64,000 nucleotides of DNA from Mycobacterium sp. (GCA_026393245.1 JAPLAO010000133.1:642-64641), one strand, 5' to 3'. Shown: positions 21,769 through 37,798, counted from the stretch's first letter. Notes: generated from the sequence alone by a model not told the origin. Numbers and translations: made by a program.

Positions 21769-22974
21769 TTACAACCCCAGCGATTGGTAGGTGCGCCGGA
21801 CGAATTTCGGTTGTGCTGTTTGCAGTTTCGCCAGTGAGGTGTTTCCTGCGACGGCCGCTGCCGCTGCCGCATTGAGGTCGGGATAGTTCTGAATCAGGTA
21901 GATCAGGATCAGATCGTTGGCGGGGTCAGCCTGCCACCACGTGCCGTAGGCACCCGGCCAACTGAATGCGCCGAGTCCGCCGGCACCGAACAACTGAGCC
22001 GAGCGTGCCGGATCGGTGACCACGGACAGGTTGAGTCCGAAGCCCCGGCCCACCCAGAACGGCGCACCCAGAAAGGGCTGACTTTTCTGCTCCTCGGTGA
22101 GCCGGTCGGTGCGCATCGTTACCACCGAGTCCTCGGATAGCACGCGCGCCCCGTCGACCGTGCCGCCACCCAGCAGCATCCGCGCGAATCGCAGATAGTC
22201 GTCGGCTGTGGAAACCAGACCGCCGCCGCCCTGACAGAACCTCGGTTCCTTGACCGGAATCGGGCCCATCATGTCGTGCTGCAGTGCTCCCGCCTCATCG
22301 AGTCGGTACATGGTCGCGGCGCGTCCGCGTTTGTCCGCCGAGATGAAGAAGCCGGTATCGGTCATGCCCAGCGGTTCGAAGATCCGTTCGCTCAGCACTA
22401 TGTGCAGCGGCTTGCCCTCGATACGCGACAGTGCGATGCCGAGAACCTCAGTGCTGTGGCCGTAGGTCAGCCGCTCGCCGGGCTGATGCATCAGTGGCAG
22501 CGCCGCCACCTCCGCCAGCCAATGATCCTGATCCTGCCGGAGCGACACGTGGCCGTAGGCGCGGCTGATCGGACCTCCCACCGAGAACGTGTAGGCCAGC
22601 CCGCTGCGGTGAGTCATCAGGTCCTCGATGGTGATCGGCCGCTGGGCCGCCACCGTGTCGTCCAGCGGTCCGGTCGGATCGACGAGTACCCGCAAGTCGG
22701 CCAGTTCGGGCAACCACCGGCTGACCGGGTCCGTTAGCGCGAGCTTGCCCTCCTCGGACAGCACCATCGCCGCGGCCACCGTGACCGGTTTCGTCATCGA
22801 GGCGATCCGGAAGATCGTGTCCCGCTGCATCGGCAGGCCAGCCTCGACATCGCGGTGACCGATTTCGTTGACCTGAACCACGTTTCCGCGATGCCACACG
22901 CACGTGACCGCACCGGAGAGCAAGCCGGCGTCGACCGCCGCGGCCACCGCGGTCTGGTTATCTGCGAGATTCAC
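21769..22974 (-). CDS. Serine hydrolase, beta-lactamase class C/esterase family
   Basis: FRIASMTKP (SxxK), LMTHRSGL, LMHQPG..LTY, FSWPGAYGT.WQADP. Confidence 0.9.
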   Translation of the reverse strand: MNLADNQTAVAAAVDAGLLSGAVTCVWHRGNVVQVNEIGHRDVEAGLPMQRDTIFRIASMTKPVTVAAAMVLSEEGKLALTDPVSRWLPELADLRVLVDPTGPLDDTVAAQRPITIEDLMTHRSGLAYTFSVGGPISRAYGHVSLRQDQDHWLAEVAALPLMHQPGERLTYGHSTEVLGIALSRIEGKPLHIVLSERIFEPLGMTDTGFFISADKRGRAATMYRLDEAGALQHDMMGPIPVKEPRFCQGGGGLVSTADDYLRFARMLLGGGTVDGARVLSEDSVVTMRTDRLTEEQKSQPFLGAPFWVGRGFGLNLSVVTDPARSAQLFGAGGLGAFSWPGAYGTWWQADPANDLILIYLIQNYPDLNAAAAAAVAGNTSLAKLQTAQPKFVRRTYQSLGL

Positions 22975-23040
22975 CGTCGGGAGTCTACTGAACGCCGAAA
23001 CGGTAGGCCGGGGTGTTAGGCTGCGGTTGCATTCGACATC

Positions 23041-23075
23041 CTTTAACGATCCGTCCCGAGAGGCGGAGAAGGAGG
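23041..23075 (+). promoter_or_regulatory. PyrR-binding RNA element overlapping the pyrR Shine-Dalgarno
   Basis: CUUUAA (23041-46) followed by GUCCCGAGAGGC (23053-64), matching the PyrR-binding-loop consensus, next to AAGGAGG; mycobacterial PyrR is known to act by translational repression. Confidence 0.8.
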
Positions 23076-23087
23076 TCTGGGTAGCTC

Positions 23088-23654
23088 TTGGGCGCCACCG
23101 ACCGTGAACTCTCCTCCGATGCGGACGTCGGTAGAACCGTTTCCCGCATTGCCCACCAGATCATCGAAAAAACCGCTCTCGACGGTGCTGACTCGCCGCG
23201 TGTCGTGCTGCTGGGTATTCCGACCCGCGGGGTCACGCTGGCGAACCGGCTCGCCGAGAAGATCAACGAGTTCAGCGGCGTCACCGTCGCCCACGGCGGA
23301 CTCGACATCACGCTGTACCGGGACGATCTTGACTTCAAGCCGCCCCGCGCGCTGGAGAAGACTTCGATACCCGCGGGGGGCATCGATGGTTGTCTGGTGA
23401 TCCTTGTCGACGACGTGCTCTACACCGGGCGCTCGGTCCGATCCGCGCTGGACGCACTGCGCGATATCGGCAGGCCGACAGCGGTCCAGTTGGCGGTGCT
23501 CGTCGACCGCGGCCACCGTGAACTGCCGCTGCGGGCGGACTACGTCGGCAAGAACGTGCCCACCTCGCGCACAGAGAACGTCAAGGTGCGACTGGTCGAG
23601 GACGACGGTGTCGAGGGGATCTGGATCGCGCCGGAAGGCGGGCCGGCCAGATGA
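23088..23654 (+). CDS. pyrR: Bifunctional pyr operon regulator / uracil phosphoribosyltransferase
   Basis: [51 protein letters not shown]; TTG start. Confidence 0.97.
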   Translation: MGATDRELSSDADVGRTVSRIAHQIIEKTALDGADSPRVVLLGIPTRGVTLANRLAEKINEFSGVTVAHGGLDITLYRDDLDFKPPRALEKTSIPAGGIDGCLVILVDDVLYTGRSVRSALDALRDIGRPTAVQLAVLVDRGHRELPLRADYVGKNVPTSRTENVKVRLVEDDGVEGIWIAPEGGPAR

Positions 23655-23714
23655 GCGCTTGCACGAAGAGGAGACGGCAGCGATGAGCGCTTGCGCGAAG
23701 AGGAGACGGCAGCG
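23651..23714 (+). repeat. 2 x 32-bp MIRU-like units with ATGA-coupled micro-ORFs
   Basis: atgagcgcttgc(a/g)cgaagaggagacggcagcg x2, followed by the pyrB atga. Confidence 0.85.
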
Positions 23715-24683
23715 ATGACGACCAGGCATCTGCTGTCCGCCGCCGACCTGACTCGCGATGAGGCGACGGCGATCCTCGACGACGCAGACCGCTTCCGGCA
23801 GGCACTGGTGGGCCGCGAGGTGAAAAAGCTGCCCACCCTGCGCGGCCGCACCATCATCACGATGTTCTATGAGAACTCCACCCGAACCCGGGTGTCGTTC
23901 GAGGTGGCGGGTAAGTGGATGAGTGCCGATGTGATCAATGTCAGCGCTTCGGGATCCTCAGCAGCCAAGGGGGAGTCGCTGCGCGACACCGCTCTGACAC
24001 TGCGGGCCGCCGGTGCCGATGCCCTGATCATCAGGCATCCGGCGTCGGGGGCGGCACAGCAGTTGGCGCAGTGGACGGCCGAGGACGACGGCGACGGTGT
24101 CGTCGGCGGTCCATCGGTGATCAACGCCGGCGACGGCACCCATGAGCACCCGACCCAGGCCCTGCTCGATGCCCTCACGATTCGGCAACGCCTCGGTGAT
24201 ATCGAGGGTCGTCGGGTGGTGATCGTCGGCGATATCCTGCACAGCCGGGTGGCGCGTTCCAACGTCGCACTGCTGCACACATTGGGCGCCGAAGTGGTGC
24301 TGGTCGCGCCGCCCACGCTGTTACCGGTCGGGGTGGCGCAGTGGGGCGAGGTGACGGTTTCGCATGATCTGGACGCCGAACTGCCCGCCGCCGACGCGGT
24401 ACTGATGCTGCGAGTCCAGGCCGAGCGGATGAACGGTGGTTTCTTTCCCTCGGCCCGCGAGTATTCGGTGCTGTACGGGCTCTCAGAAAGACGGCAGGCC
24501 ATTCTTGCCGACCACGCGGTAGTGCTGCACCCGGGTCCGATGCTGCGCGGCATGGAGATCGCATACTCGGTTGCGGATTCGCCGCAATCTGCTGTGCTGC
24601 AACAGGTTTCCAACGGAGTTCATGTCCGGATGGCGGTGCTGTTCCATCTGCTGGTCGGCACGGATGAGGCGGTGAGCGTATGA
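23715..24683 (+). CDS. pyrB: Aspartate carbamoyltransferase catalytic subunit
   Basis: [41 protein letters not shown]. Confidence 0.98.
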   Translation: MTTRHLLSAADLTRDEATAILDDADRFRQALVGREVKKLPTLRGRTIITMFYENSTRTRVSFEVAGKWMSADVINVSASGSSAAKGESLRDTALTLRAAGADALIIRHPASGAAQQLAQWTAEDDGDGVVGGPSVINAGDGTHEHPTQALLDALTIRQRLGDIEGRRVVIVGDILHSRVARSNVALLHTLGAEVVLVAPPTLLPVGVAQWGEVTVSHDLDAELPAADAVLMLRVQAERMNGGFFPSAREYSVLYGLSERRQAILADHAVVLHPGPMLRGMEIAYSVADSPQSAVLQQVSNGVHVRMAVLFHLLVGTDEAVSV

Positions 24684-25990
24684 CGATGCCGATACCGAAG
24701 CCGGTTCTGATCAAGGGCGTCCGGCTGTACGGGGAGGGTGATCCGGTCGACGTTCTGGTCGCGGACGGCCAGATCGCCGAGATCGGCACCACACTGGCTG
24801 CTAGCGGTGACGCCGAGGTGATCGACGCGATCGGCCAGGTGCTGCTGCCGGGCCTGGTGGACCTGCACACGCACCTTCGCGAACCTGGCCGGGAGTATGC
24901 CGAGGATATCGAGACCGGTTCGGCGGCAGCGGCTCTCGGTGGCTACACCGCGGTATTCGCGATGGCCAACACCGATCCGGTCGCCGACAGTTCGGTGGTC
25001 ACCGACCATGTCTGGCAGCGCGGCCAGCAGGTCGGTCTGGTCGACGTGCATCCGGTCGGCGCGGTGACGGTGGGGCTGGAGGGCCGCCAACTCACCGAGA
25101 TGGGCCTGATGGCCGCCGGTATTGCGCAGGTACGACTGTTCTCCGACGACGGGGTGTGTGTGGCCGACCCCCTGGTGATGCGGCGTGCGCTGGAATACGC
25201 CGCAGGCCTGGGGGTCCTGATTGCCCAGCATGCCGAGGAACCGCGACTCACCGCCGGCGCCGTCGCGCATGAAGGACCCAACGCCGCGCGGCTGGGCCTG
25301 GCCGGTTGGCCGCGTGCGGCCGAGGAGTCGATCGTTGCTCGCGATGCGCTACTGGCCCGAGATGCTGGTGCGCGCGTCCATATCTGCCACGCCTCCACCG
25401 CCGGGACGGTCGAAATCCTGAAATGGGCGAAGCAGCAGGGCATTTCGATCACCGCAGAGGTGACGCCGCACCACTTGATGCTCGATGACAGCCGGTTGGC
25501 CGGATACGACGGGGTAAATCGGGTCAATCCGCCGCTGCGCGAGGAGGCCGATGCGCAGGCGTTGCGCCGGGCTCTCGCCGACGGCGTCATCGACTGCGTG
25601 GCCACCGACCATGCCCCGCACGCCGAACACGAGAAGCGCTGCGAGTTCGACGTCGCCCGCCCGGGCATGCTCGGGTTGCAGACCGCGCTGTCGGTGGTGG
25701 TGTCGACCATGGTGGAGCCCGGGCTGCTGGACTGGCGGGGCGTGGCCAGGGTGATGAGCGAAAATCCGGCTCGCATCGTCGGTCTGGACAATCAGGGCCG
25801 TCCGCTGGAGGTCGGCGAGCCGGCCAATCTCACGGTGGTAGACCCGAGTGCGACCTGGACCGTCACCGGTGCAACGCTGGCCAGTCGATCAGCGAACACG
25901 CCCTATGAGGATATGACCCTGCCGGCCACGGTCACCGCGACTCTGCTGCGCGGCCGGATCACCGCCCACAACGGCGAGGTGACGCTGTGA
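24680..25990 (+). CDS. pyrC: Dihydroorotase
   Basis: [32 protein letters not shown]. Confidence 0.97.
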   Translation: MTMPIPKPVLIKGVRLYGEGDPVDVLVADGQIAEIGTTLAASGDAEVIDAIGQVLLPGLVDLHTHLREPGREYAEDIETGSAAAALGGYTAVFAMANTDPVADSSVVTDHVWQRGQQVGLVDVHPVGAVTVGLEGRQLTEMGLMAAGIAQVRLFSDDGVCVADPLVMRRALEYAAGLGVLIAQHAEEPRLTAGAVAHEGPNAARLGLAGWPRAAEESIVARDALLARDAGARVHICHASTAGTVEILKWAKQQGISITAEVTPHHLMLDDSRLAGYDGVNRVNPPLREEADAQALRRALADGVIDCVATDHAPHAEHEKRCEFDVARPGMLGLQTALSVVVSTMVEPGLLDWRGVARVMSENPARIVGLDNQGRPLEVGEPANLTVVDPSATWTVTGATLASRSANTPYEDMTLPATVTATLLRGRITAHNGEVTL

Positions 25991-26577
25991 ATACACCCAC
26001 GGCGGTCGGGACATACATTTTCGGGATCGTCGTGGTGATCGCAATCGGCATCATCACCCGGCGGATGCTGGTCGGATGGAAGAACCGTGCACGTCGGCAG
26101 GCCGAGCAGATCGGTGTGTTGCCGCCGATGCCGGAATTGCTGCACCCAGCCGTAATCGCGCCCACGCGCGGTCTCTACGTTGGCAGCACGTTCGCGTCGC
26201 ACTGGCTTGACCGGGTGGCCGTCGGCGATCTCGGGTACCGGGCGAAAGCCGTGCTTACCCGGTACCCCGACGGCATCCTGCTGGAACGCTCCGGGGCGAG
26301 CCCGATCTGGATTCCGGCGGCGTCGGTTACCGCAGTGCGCACCGAGAAGGCGTTGGCGGGCAAGGTGATTCCCGGCCGGGGCGGTGCCGACGAGCCGGCT
26401 GCGATCCTGGTGATCCGGTGGCGGCTGCCGTCAGGTACCGAGATCGACACCGGTTTCCGCGGTGACGAACGGCATGACTACCCGCGATGGGTGTCGTCGT
26501 TCGACGACTCCGAGACTCCGTCGGTCGCCACGCATCAGGCCCCGTCGGTCCACGACACGAGTACAGGGGCATTGTGA
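25987..26577 (+). CDS. Membrane-anchored protein of the pyr operon (Rv1382-like)
   Basis: N-terminal TM, GLYVGST, RWRLPSG.EIDTGFR; GTGA-coupled to pyrC and carA. Confidence 0.85.
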   Translation: MNTPTAVGTYIFGIVVVIAIGIITRRMLVGWKNRARRQAEQIGVLPPMPELLHPAVIAPTRGLYVGSTFASHWLDRVAVGDLGYRAKAVLTRYPDGILLERSGASPIWIPAASVTAVRTEKALAGKVIPGRGGADEPAAILVIRWRLPSGTEIDTGFRGDERHDYPRWVSSFDDSETPSVATHQAPSVHDTSTGAL

Positions 26578-27698
26578 CTCAACATAAGGCCGTGCTGGTG
26601 CTCGAAGATGGTCGGGTTTATCCCGGTACCCCATTCGGGGCGATCGGTCAGACCCTCGGCGAAGCGGTGTTCTCCACCGGTATGTCGGGCTACCAGGAGA
26701 CCCTGACCGATCCGAGCTACCACCGCCAGATCGTGATCGCCACCGCACCCCAGATCGGTAACACCGGCTGGAACCAGCAGGATGGTGAGAGCCGCGGAGA
26801 CAAGATCTGGGTGTCCGGCTACGTCGTACGCGATCCGTCACCGCGGGTGTCCAACTGGCGGGCCACCGGGACACTCGAGGACGAACTGGGCCGGCAGAAC
26901 ATCGTCGGCATCGCCGGTGTGGACACCCGCGCGGTGGTCCGTCACCTGCGCACCCGCGGTTCGATGCGGGCCGGCGTGTTCTCCGGTCCGGCACTCGCCG
27001 ACGAGACCGAACTGCTGAGCCGGGTCTGTGATCAGCCCGCCATGCTCGGTGCTGACCTCTGTGGCGAAGTCAGCACCGAGAACAGTTACGTCGTGGAAGC
27101 ACAGGGGCCGCAGCGGTTCACCGTTGTCGCACTCGACCTGGGGATTAAAACCAACAGTCCGCGCAATTTCGCGCAGCGCGGTATCCGGACACATGTGCTG
27201 CCCTCGTCGGCGACCTTCGAGCAGATCGCCGACCTCGCACCCGACGGCATTTTTCTGTCCAACGGACCCGGTGACCCCGCGACCGCCGACCGGGTCGTCG
27301 GCATCACCCGCGAGATACTCGGCGCCGGGATCCCGCTGTTCGGAATCTGTTTCGGCAACCAGATCCTCGGCCGGGCTCTGGGCCGGGCCACCTACAAGAT
27401 GGTGTTCGGACACCGCGGTATCAACGTGCCGGTGATCGATCACGCCACCGGGCGCGTCGCAGTCACCGCACAGAACCATGGCTTCGCATTGGAAGGTGAA
27501 GCGGGCGAAGTCTTCGGTACCGACTTCGGCCCGGCGACCGTCAGCCACACCTGTGCTAACGACGGCGTGGTGGAGGGCGTGAAACTCGTTGACGGCCGGG
27601 CCTTCTCGGTGCAGTACCACCCCGAAGCAGCTGCTGGCCCGCATGACGCGAACTACCTGTTCGACCAATTCGTCGACCTGATGGCGGGCGGCAAGTGA
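26574..27698 (+). CDS. carA: Carbamoyl-phosphate synthase small subunit
   Basis: [45 protein letters not shown]. Confidence 0.98.
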   Translation: MTQHKAVLVLEDGRVYPGTPFGAIGQTLGEAVFSTGMSGYQETLTDPSYHRQIVIATAPQIGNTGWNQQDGESRGDKIWVSGYVVRDPSPRVSNWRATGTLEDELGRQNIVGIAGVDTRAVVRHLRTRGSMRAGVFSGPALADETELLSRVCDQPAMLGADLCGEVSTENSYVVEAQGPQRFTVVALDLGIKTNSPRNFAQRGIRTHVLPSSATFEQIADLAPDGIFLSNGPGDPATADRVVGITREILGAGIPLFGICFGNQILGRALGRATYKMVFGHRGINVPVIDHATGRVAVTAQNHGFALEGEAGEVFGTDFGPATVSHTCANDGVVEGVKLVDGRAFSVQYHPEAAAGPHDANYLFDQFVDLMAGGK

Positions 27699-27711
27699 CC
27701 CGCCCCGGCGC

Positions 27712-27773
27712 CGCGAGCGTGCGTGTCGGTACGCCGGCACGCCGTAGTGGGCGTACGAACGCGCACGCTCGCG
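27712..27773. repeat. REP-like nested palindrome between carA and carB
   Basis: 12-bp perfect stem cgcgagcgtgcg/cgcacgctcgcg with inner gtacgcc/ggcgtac stem. Confidence 0.7.
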
Positions 27774-27793
27774 CTGGAATGGGAGACCGCTAA

Positions 27794-31135
<3,342 letters not shown>

Positions 31136-31138
31136 ACC

Positions 31139-31957
31139 GTGGCGGGTTTCGGGGTGCGCCTAGCTAATTCGATCGCCGCACGCGGACCGCTGTGTGTGGG
31201 AATCGACCCACACCCGGAACTGATGCAGGCATGGGAACTTCCCGCAACCGCGGACGGATTGGCGCGGTTCTGCGATATCTGTGTGACGGCCTATGCGGGA
31301 TTCGCGGTCGCTAAACCGCAGGTGGCGTTCTTCGAGGCGTACGGCTCAGCCGGTTTCGCGGTGTTGGAACGCACTACGGCCGCACTGCAGTCGGCCGGCG
31401 TGCTGGTGCTCGCCGATGCCAAGCGCGGCGATATCGGATCGACCATGGCGGCTTACGCGCAAGCCTGGGTGGGGCAGGGACCGCTGGCGGCTGATGCCGT
31501 CACGGCATCGCCCTACCTCGGATTCGGTTCTCTGACACCGCTTCTCGAGGTTGCCGCCGAGCACGACCGCGGGGTGTTCGTTCTGGCTGCTACGTCGAAC
31601 CCGGAGGGTGCGGGAATTCAGCGCGCCATGGCCGACGGCCGAACCGTCGCGCAATCGGTTGTCGACGCCGCAGGCGAAGTCAATCGTGCTGCCGGACAAT
31701 CGCGGGGTTCGGTGGGCGTCGTTATCGGAGCCACGCTGGACCTGGTGCCCGACGTCAGCACACTTCACGGCCCGGTCCTGGTGCCCGGTGTCGGAGCCCA
31801 GGGCGGCCGTCCGGAGGGGTTGGCGGGCCTTGGTGGTGCGCGGTCGGGTCAACTGCTGCCCGCGGTGTCTCGGGAGATTCTGCGGGCCGGGCCGGACCCG
31901 GCAGCAGTCCGCGCGGCCGGCGAGCGGCTCCGCGACGCCGTCGCCTATCTGGCGTGA
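31139..31957 (+). CDS. pyrF: Orotidine-5'-phosphate decarboxylase
   Basis: [34 protein letters not shown]. Confidence 0.97.
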   Translation: MAGFGVRLANSIAARGPLCVGIDPHPELMQAWELPATADGLARFCDICVTAYAGFAVAKPQVAFFEAYGSAGFAVLERTTAALQSAGVLVLADAKRGDIGSTMAAYAQAWVGQGPLAADAVTASPYLGFGSLTPLLEVAAEHDRGVFVLAATSNPEGAGIQRAMADGRTVAQSVVDAAGEVNRAAGQSRGSVGVVIGATLDLVPDVSTLHGPVLVPGVGAQGGRPEGLAGLGGARSGQLLPAVSREILRAGPDPAAVRAAGERLRDAVAYLA

Positions 31958-32337
31958 TTTCCGGTGCGGACCCGCCGCCACTGACGGCGCCGACACGCGC
32001 GACACGCCGTGAGGTGCCCAAACCAGGTGAAAATGATTCCGGAGACCAGCCCGACGATCACGCGCCGGATGTTCCTGGCCCGGGCCCGGAACATAAAACT
32101 GCTGCTAGATGGCTGGATTCCCGGTCCAGTGGGAGTTATTGGGGCACCGTTGAGGCCCGACCGATCCGCCCTGCAGAGCGTGATCCGGACCGCTAATCTC
32201 GATCCGCATCCTGCGGGTTTGCCCTGCGAAGGAGGGGGGCGGGTTAGATTTCGTCTGACAGCCTGGGTACGGTCATCGGCGCTGGCCAAAGAACCTGGCC
32301 CAGGCAAAACAATGATTGTGATGAGACGGAGGAACCC

Positions 32338-32655
32338 GTGGCCCTTCCCCAGTTGACCCCGGAGCAGCGCACCGCCGCGCTGGAAAAGGCCGCTGCCGCA
32401 CGTCGGATCCGAGCTGAGCTCAAGGAACGACTCAAGCGCGGTGGCACCAACCTGCAGCAGGTGCTCAAGGATGCCGAGACCAATGAGGTCCTCGGCAAGA
32501 TGAAGGTCTCCGCTCTGCTGGAGGCCCTGCCCAAGGTGGGCAAGGTCAAGGCGCAGGAGATCATGACCGAACTGGAGATTGCCCCGACGCGCCGTCTGCG
32601 CGGTCTCGGCGATCGTCAGCGCAAGGCCCTGCTGGCGAAGTTCGACTTCTCCTAA
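32338..32655 (+). CDS. mihF: Mycobacterial integration host factor
   Basis: [27 protein letters not shown]...[13 protein letters not shown]; GGAGG SD. Confidence 0.98.
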   Translation: MALPQLTPEQRTAALEKAAAARRIRAELKERLKRGGTNLQQVLKDAETNEVLGKMKVSALLEALPKVGKVKAQEIMTELEIAPTRRLRGLGDRQRKALLAKFDFS

Positions 32656-32663
32656 GCAGGTCC

Positions 32664-33290
32664 GTGGATTCCGGCGGTGGGCCGGACGGCCGGGGCGTTA
32701 CGTCCCGTCAGCCAGTGACACATGGTCGCGTGCTGGTGCTGTCCGGCCCCTCCGCAGTCGGTAAGTCGACGGTCGTACGATGCCTGCGAGAGCAGGTGCC
32801 GAACCTGCACTTCAATGTGTCGGCGACCACCCGGGCAGCACGCCCGGGAGAGGTCGATGGCATCGACTACCACTTCGTCTCGGCCGAAAAATTTCAAAAG
32901 TTGGTCGACGCCGGCGAACTGTTGGAGTGGGCCGAGATTCACGGCGGTCTGCATCGGTCGGGAACCCCGTCCGCGCCCGTCATCGAAGCCGCGGCACTCG
33001 GCCAACCCGTGCTGATTGAGGTTGATCTCGCCGGCGCCAGGTCGGTCAAGAAGGCCATGCCCGAAGCGATCACCGTCTTCTTGGCACCGCCCAGTTGGGA
33101 GGCGCTGGAGCAACGGCTCATCGGCCGCGGTACCGAAACTCCCGAGATCATGGCGCGTCGGCTGGCCACAGCGGAGGCCGAACTGGCCGCCCAGGGCGAG
33201 TTCGACGTGGTCGTGGTGAATAGCCAATTGGATTCGGCTTGCTCTCAATTGGTAACATTGCTGGTGGGAAACACGTCGCAGTCGGCGTGA
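32664..33290 (+). CDS. gmk: Guanylate kinase
   Basis: [36 protein letters not shown]; start uncertain. Confidence 0.96.
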   Translation: MDSGGGPDGRGVTSRQPVTHGRVLVLSGPSAVGKSTVVRCLREQVPNLHFNVSATTRAARPGEVDGIDYHFVSAEKFQKLVDAGELLEWAEIHGGLHRSGTPSAPVIEAAALGQPVLIEVDLAGARSVKKAMPEAITVFLAPPSWEALEQRLIGRGTETPEIMARRLATAEAELAAQGEFDVVVVNSQLDSACSQLVTLLVGNTSQSA

Positions 33291-33310
33291 GTGGTCACCG
33301 GCCAACGCCC

Positions 33311-33338
33311 CACCCTTCAATCCACCCTTCAATCCACC
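33311..33338. repeat. 12-bp tandem repeat upstream of rpoZ
   Basis: cacccttcaatc x2 plus cacc. Confidence 0.75.
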
Positions 33339-33376
33339 AGGGGAACGTCCCTGTTATCCGCCAGGAGAACGCTGAA

Positions 33377-33676
33377 GTGACAACCAATTCGGATCACTAC
33401 GATCCGGCCCCCGGTGCCGCCACCGCCTACGACACACCGCTGGGCATCACCAACCCGCCCATCGATGAACTGCTGGACAAGGTGTCGAGCAAGTACGCCC
33501 TGGTGATCTACGCGGCCAAACGAGCGCGCCAGATCAACGACTACTACAACCAACTCGGTGACGGCATTCTGGAGTACGTCGGTCCGCTGGTCGAGCCGGG
33601 CCTGCAGGAGAAGCCGCTGTCGATCGCGCTGCGGGAGATCCACGGCGACCTCCTCGAACACACCGAAGGCGAGTAG
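33377..33676 (+). CDS. rpoZ: RNA polymerase omega subunit
   Basis: [40 protein letters not shown]; GTG with AGGAG SD. Confidence 0.97.
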   Translation: MTTNSDHYDPAPGAATAYDTPLGITNPPIDELLDKVSSKYALVIYAAKRARQINDYYNQLGDGILEYVGPLVEPGLQEKPLSIALREIHGDLLEHTEGE

Positions 33677-33696
33677 CCGCGCGAGCGGGTCTGCCC

Positions 33697-34950
33697 ATGA
33701 GCCCCAAGCAGATCATCGTCGGCGTGGCCGGAGGCATCGCGGCCTACAAGGCGTGCTCGGTGGTGCGCCAACTCTGCGAAGCCGGTCATGACGTTCGGGT
33801 GATCCCCACCGAGTCGGCGTTGCGCTTCGTCGGGGCCGCCACCTTCGAGGCACTGTCCGGTCATCCGGTTCGCACCGGAGTGTTCTCCGACGTTCCCGAG
33901 GTGCCCCACGTCCGTCTGGGTCAACAGGCGGATCTCGTCGTGATCGCACCAGCCACGGCTGATCTGTTGGCCCGTGCGGCAGCCGGCCGCGCCGACGATC
34001 TGCTGACCGCGACCCTGCTGACGGCCCGGTGTCCGGTGCTCTTCGCGCCGGCTATGCACACCGAGATGTGGCAGCATCCCGCGACTGCTGCCAACGTCGC
34101 CACCCTGCGACAGCGGGGATCTGTCGTATTGGAGCCGGCATCAGGTCGACTCACCGGTGCTGACACGGGTGCGGGTCGGCTGCCTGAGCCCGACGAGATC
34201 GTCACCTTCGCGGAATTGCTACTGGCCCGCGCCGACGGGGTTCCCTATGACCTGAGCGGCACGAGGGTACTGGTCACTGCCGGCGGAACCCGTGAGGCGC
34301 TGGATCCGGTGCGCTTCATCGGCAACCGCAGCTCCGGCAAGCAGGGCTACGCGGTGGCGCGGGTCGCGGCCCAACGTGGCGCCGACGTCACACTGATCGC
34401 CGGCAACACCGCCGGCCTCGCCGATCCCGCGGGCGTGCACGTCCGCCACGTCACGTCGGCCACTCAGATGCACGAGGCGGTGTCCAAACACGCCCCCGAA
34501 GCCCACGTGCTCGTGATGGCCGCCGCGGTCGCCGACTACCGGCCGGCGCACGTTGCCGCCAGCAAGATCAAAAAGGCCGCCGACGCCGCGCCCACCATCG
34601 AACTGGTACGCAACGACGATGTGCTCGCCGAGGCGGTTCGCCGCCGTGCCGATGGTCAGCTGCCCCACATGCATGCCATCGTCGGGTTTGCCGCCGAGAC
34701 CGGCGACGCGCAAGGCGACGTGCTGTTTCACGCCCGTGCGAAACTGCGCCGGAAGGCCTGCGATCTACTGGTGGTCAACGCGGTCGGTGACGGCCGTGCG
34801 TTCGAGGTCGACAGCAATGACGGTTGGCTGCTCGGAGCCGACGGCACCGAGACGGCACTTGAGCATGGTTCGAAGACTCTGATGGCGAGCCGTATCGTGG
34901 ACGCGATCGCCGGGTTGCTTCGCGCTAGCGGTGGATCCAGCGGGGGATAA
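33697..34950 (+). CDS. coaBC: Bifunctional phosphopantothenoylcysteine decarboxylase/synthetase
   Basis: GGIAAYKAC, APAMHTEM, TAGGTREALDPVRFIGNRSSGKQG, VGFAAET. Confidence 0.97.
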   Translation: MSPKQIIVGVAGGIAAYKACSVVRQLCEAGHDVRVIPTESALRFVGAATFEALSGHPVRTGVFSDVPEVPHVRLGQQADLVVIAPATADLLARAAAGRADDLLTATLLTARCPVLFAPAMHTEMWQHPATAANVATLRQRGSVVLEPASGRLTGADTGAGRLPEPDEIVTFAELLLARADGVPYDLSGTRVLVTAGGTREALDPVRFIGNRSSGKQGYAVARVAAQRGADVTLIAGNTAGLADPAGVHVRHVTSATQMHEAVSKHAPEAHVLVMAAAVADYRPAHVAASKIKKAADAAPTIELVRNDDVLAEAVRRRADGQLPHMHAIVGFAAETGDAQGDVLFHARAKLRRKACDLLVVNAVGDGRAFEVDSNDGWLLGADGTETALEHGSKTLMASRIVDAIAGLLRASGGSSGG

Positions 34951-35028
34951 CGTCCCACGCGCCGCCGGCGGGTCACGGCTGCGCGGTAACAAATTTTGCC
35001 CAACCGAGTACCGAGGGAGATTGACACT

Positions 35029-36231
<1,203 letters not shown>

Positions 36232-36303
36232 CCGCGTCGCTGGGACACGGTCAGACCGATGACATGGTCAGATCGATGACGCGGCGAGACCGACGCCGGG
36301 AGA

Positions 36304-36684
36304 TCAGCCGATGAACTGGTCGAACGCCCACTGGAACTGCGGCGGTACCACTGGCACGCCACATTGGCTCTGGATCACGCCGAGTGGCGCCAGGATCGAC
36401 TTGAACTCGGCGTATTCCTGAGGGTTTGTGGTTGCGTAGGCCTGCAGGTTGGCCTCCGCCTGGGGGCGCGGTTGCAGGGCCGCGGTCATCAAGACCTTAT
36501 TGGCAGCCGGATGGCTCATCAGGTAGGCCTGAGCTTGTGTGTTTACCGCCGCGGCAGCGCTGTTCACTCCCGCCGGGGAGCAGTCCGGCGCCGCGAACGC
36601 GGCGGGGGCGCCGAGACCGGCCAGGGTGATACCGCCGATTAAGCTACCGATGCCGGTTATGAGCCGAGTTTTTCCGGATGTCAT
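36304..36684 (-). CDS. Secreted hemophore-related protein (Rv0203-like)
   Basis: Signal peptide ending AFAAP, DCS...YL.SHP.AN..L...NPQEYA...QC two-Cys pattern; start ATG 36684. Confidence 0.75.
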   Translation of the reverse strand: MTSGKTRLITGIGSLIGGITLAGLGAPAAFAAPDCSPAGVNSAAAAVNTQAQAYLMSHPAANKVLMTAALQPRPQAEANLQAYATTNPQEYAEFKSILAPLGVIQSQCGVPVVPPQFQWAFDQFIG

Positions 36685-36787
36685 GAGACTTTGGTCCTCC
36701 ACGTTGTAGCTGTCGTTTCCATGTGCGCTGTCGTCCCCCGCACACCAAACGTTACCTGTGATGTTCGGCTGGTCAACTAAGTCCTGC

Positions 36788-37798
36788 TCAGCGGTGCAAC
36801 GCAGCACGTAGAGCGGCCAAGCCCCGATCGGTTGCCTCGGTGGCCGCCGGGACCACGCCGGCATAGCCGAGATAACCGTGGACCAGGGTCGTCGCATTGT
36901 GCAGTTCGACGTCGACCCCGGCGTCGGCCAACAGTTCGGCATACCGCACACCGTCGTCGCGAAGCGGGTCATGCCCGGCCACGGCCACATAGGCCGGGGC
37001 CAGCCCGGACAAATCCGACGCGCGTCCGGGAGCAAGGGTGGCCGGCGGATCGGTCAGATCGAGATGACCCGCGTACCAACTGGTGAACGCCGCCATGGCG
37101 GCGCTGTCGAGCACCGGGGTGTTCGCGTTCTCGGTGAATGACGGCAGCGAGGTGTCCCACATCGTCGACGGGTACCACAGCAGTTGGAACGCCAGTGCCG
37201 GCCCGTCGCCCGACCGGGCCGCGTCCCGGGCCAATTGCGCCACAACAGCCGCCAGGTTGCCGCCGGCCGAATCCCCGGCAACCGCCAGCCGGGAGGAATC
37301 TGCGTCGAACTCCCCGGCGTTGTCGGCAACCCACCGGGTGGCGGCCCAGGCGTCCTCGACCGCGGCGGGATAGGGGTGCTCGGGTGCCAGTCGGTAGTCG
37401 ACCGACACCACGACGGATCCTGCGCCGACGGCATGTTCGCGGGCCGTGGCGTCATGGGTGTCGAGGTCGCCGAGGGCGAATCCACCGCCGTGGAAGAACA
37501 TCGTGACGGGGTGCGCCTCTTCCCCTGCGTTGGTGGTGGGCCAATAGACCCGCACCGGGATCGGCCCGGTCGGCCCGTCGATGCGGCGGTCTTCGACCCT
37601 CAGGTCGGGATGCATTGGCCTGCGGGGCAATTCGCGCAATCCGCGCCGGGCGGCTTCGACGCCGTCGTCGACGGTCAGCCGGAATGGAACGGCGTCCAGT
37701 ACCTTCTGCAGGATGGCATCAACGGGCGGTTTGTCGCGGGACGGTGGTGCGTCGTGGGACGGTGGTGCGTCGTCGGACGGTGGTGTGTCGTCGGCCAT
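36788..37798 (-). CDS. HSL-family alpha/beta hydrolase (LipH/LipI-like esterase)
   Basis: [34 protein letters not shown]. Confidence 0.93.
   Translation of the reverse strand: MADDTPPSDDAPPSHDAPPSRDKPPVDAILQKVLDAVPFRLTVDDGVEAARRGLRELPRRPMHPDLRVEDRRIDGPTGPIPVRVYWPTTNAGEEAHPVTMFFHGGGFALGDLDTHDATAREHAVGAGSVVVSVDYRLAPEHPYPAAVEDAWAATRWVADNAGEFDADSSRLAVAGDSAGGNLAAVVAQLARDAARSGDGPALAFQLLWYPSTMWDTSLPSFTENANTPVLDSAAMAAFTSWYAGHLDLTDPPATLAPGRASDLSGLAPAYVAVAGHDPLRDDGVRYAELLADAGVDVELHNATTLVHGYLGYAGVVPAATEATDRGLAALRAALHR
37733..37794. repeat. 3 x 18-bp repeat at the esterase N-terminus (DD/APPS)
   Basis: gtcg(c/t)(g/c)ggacggtggtg(c/t) x3. Confidence 0.8.

Noticed and set aside
32009-32356. ORF in the pyrF-mihF spacer
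   Set aside because: No recognisable protein features; the region is better explained as the long mihF promoter and leader
36249-36280. 15-bp direct repeat ggtcaga(c/t)cgatgac after metK
   Set aside because: Lies between convergent 3' ends, so an operator role is unlikely; probably incidental or part of a terminator fold
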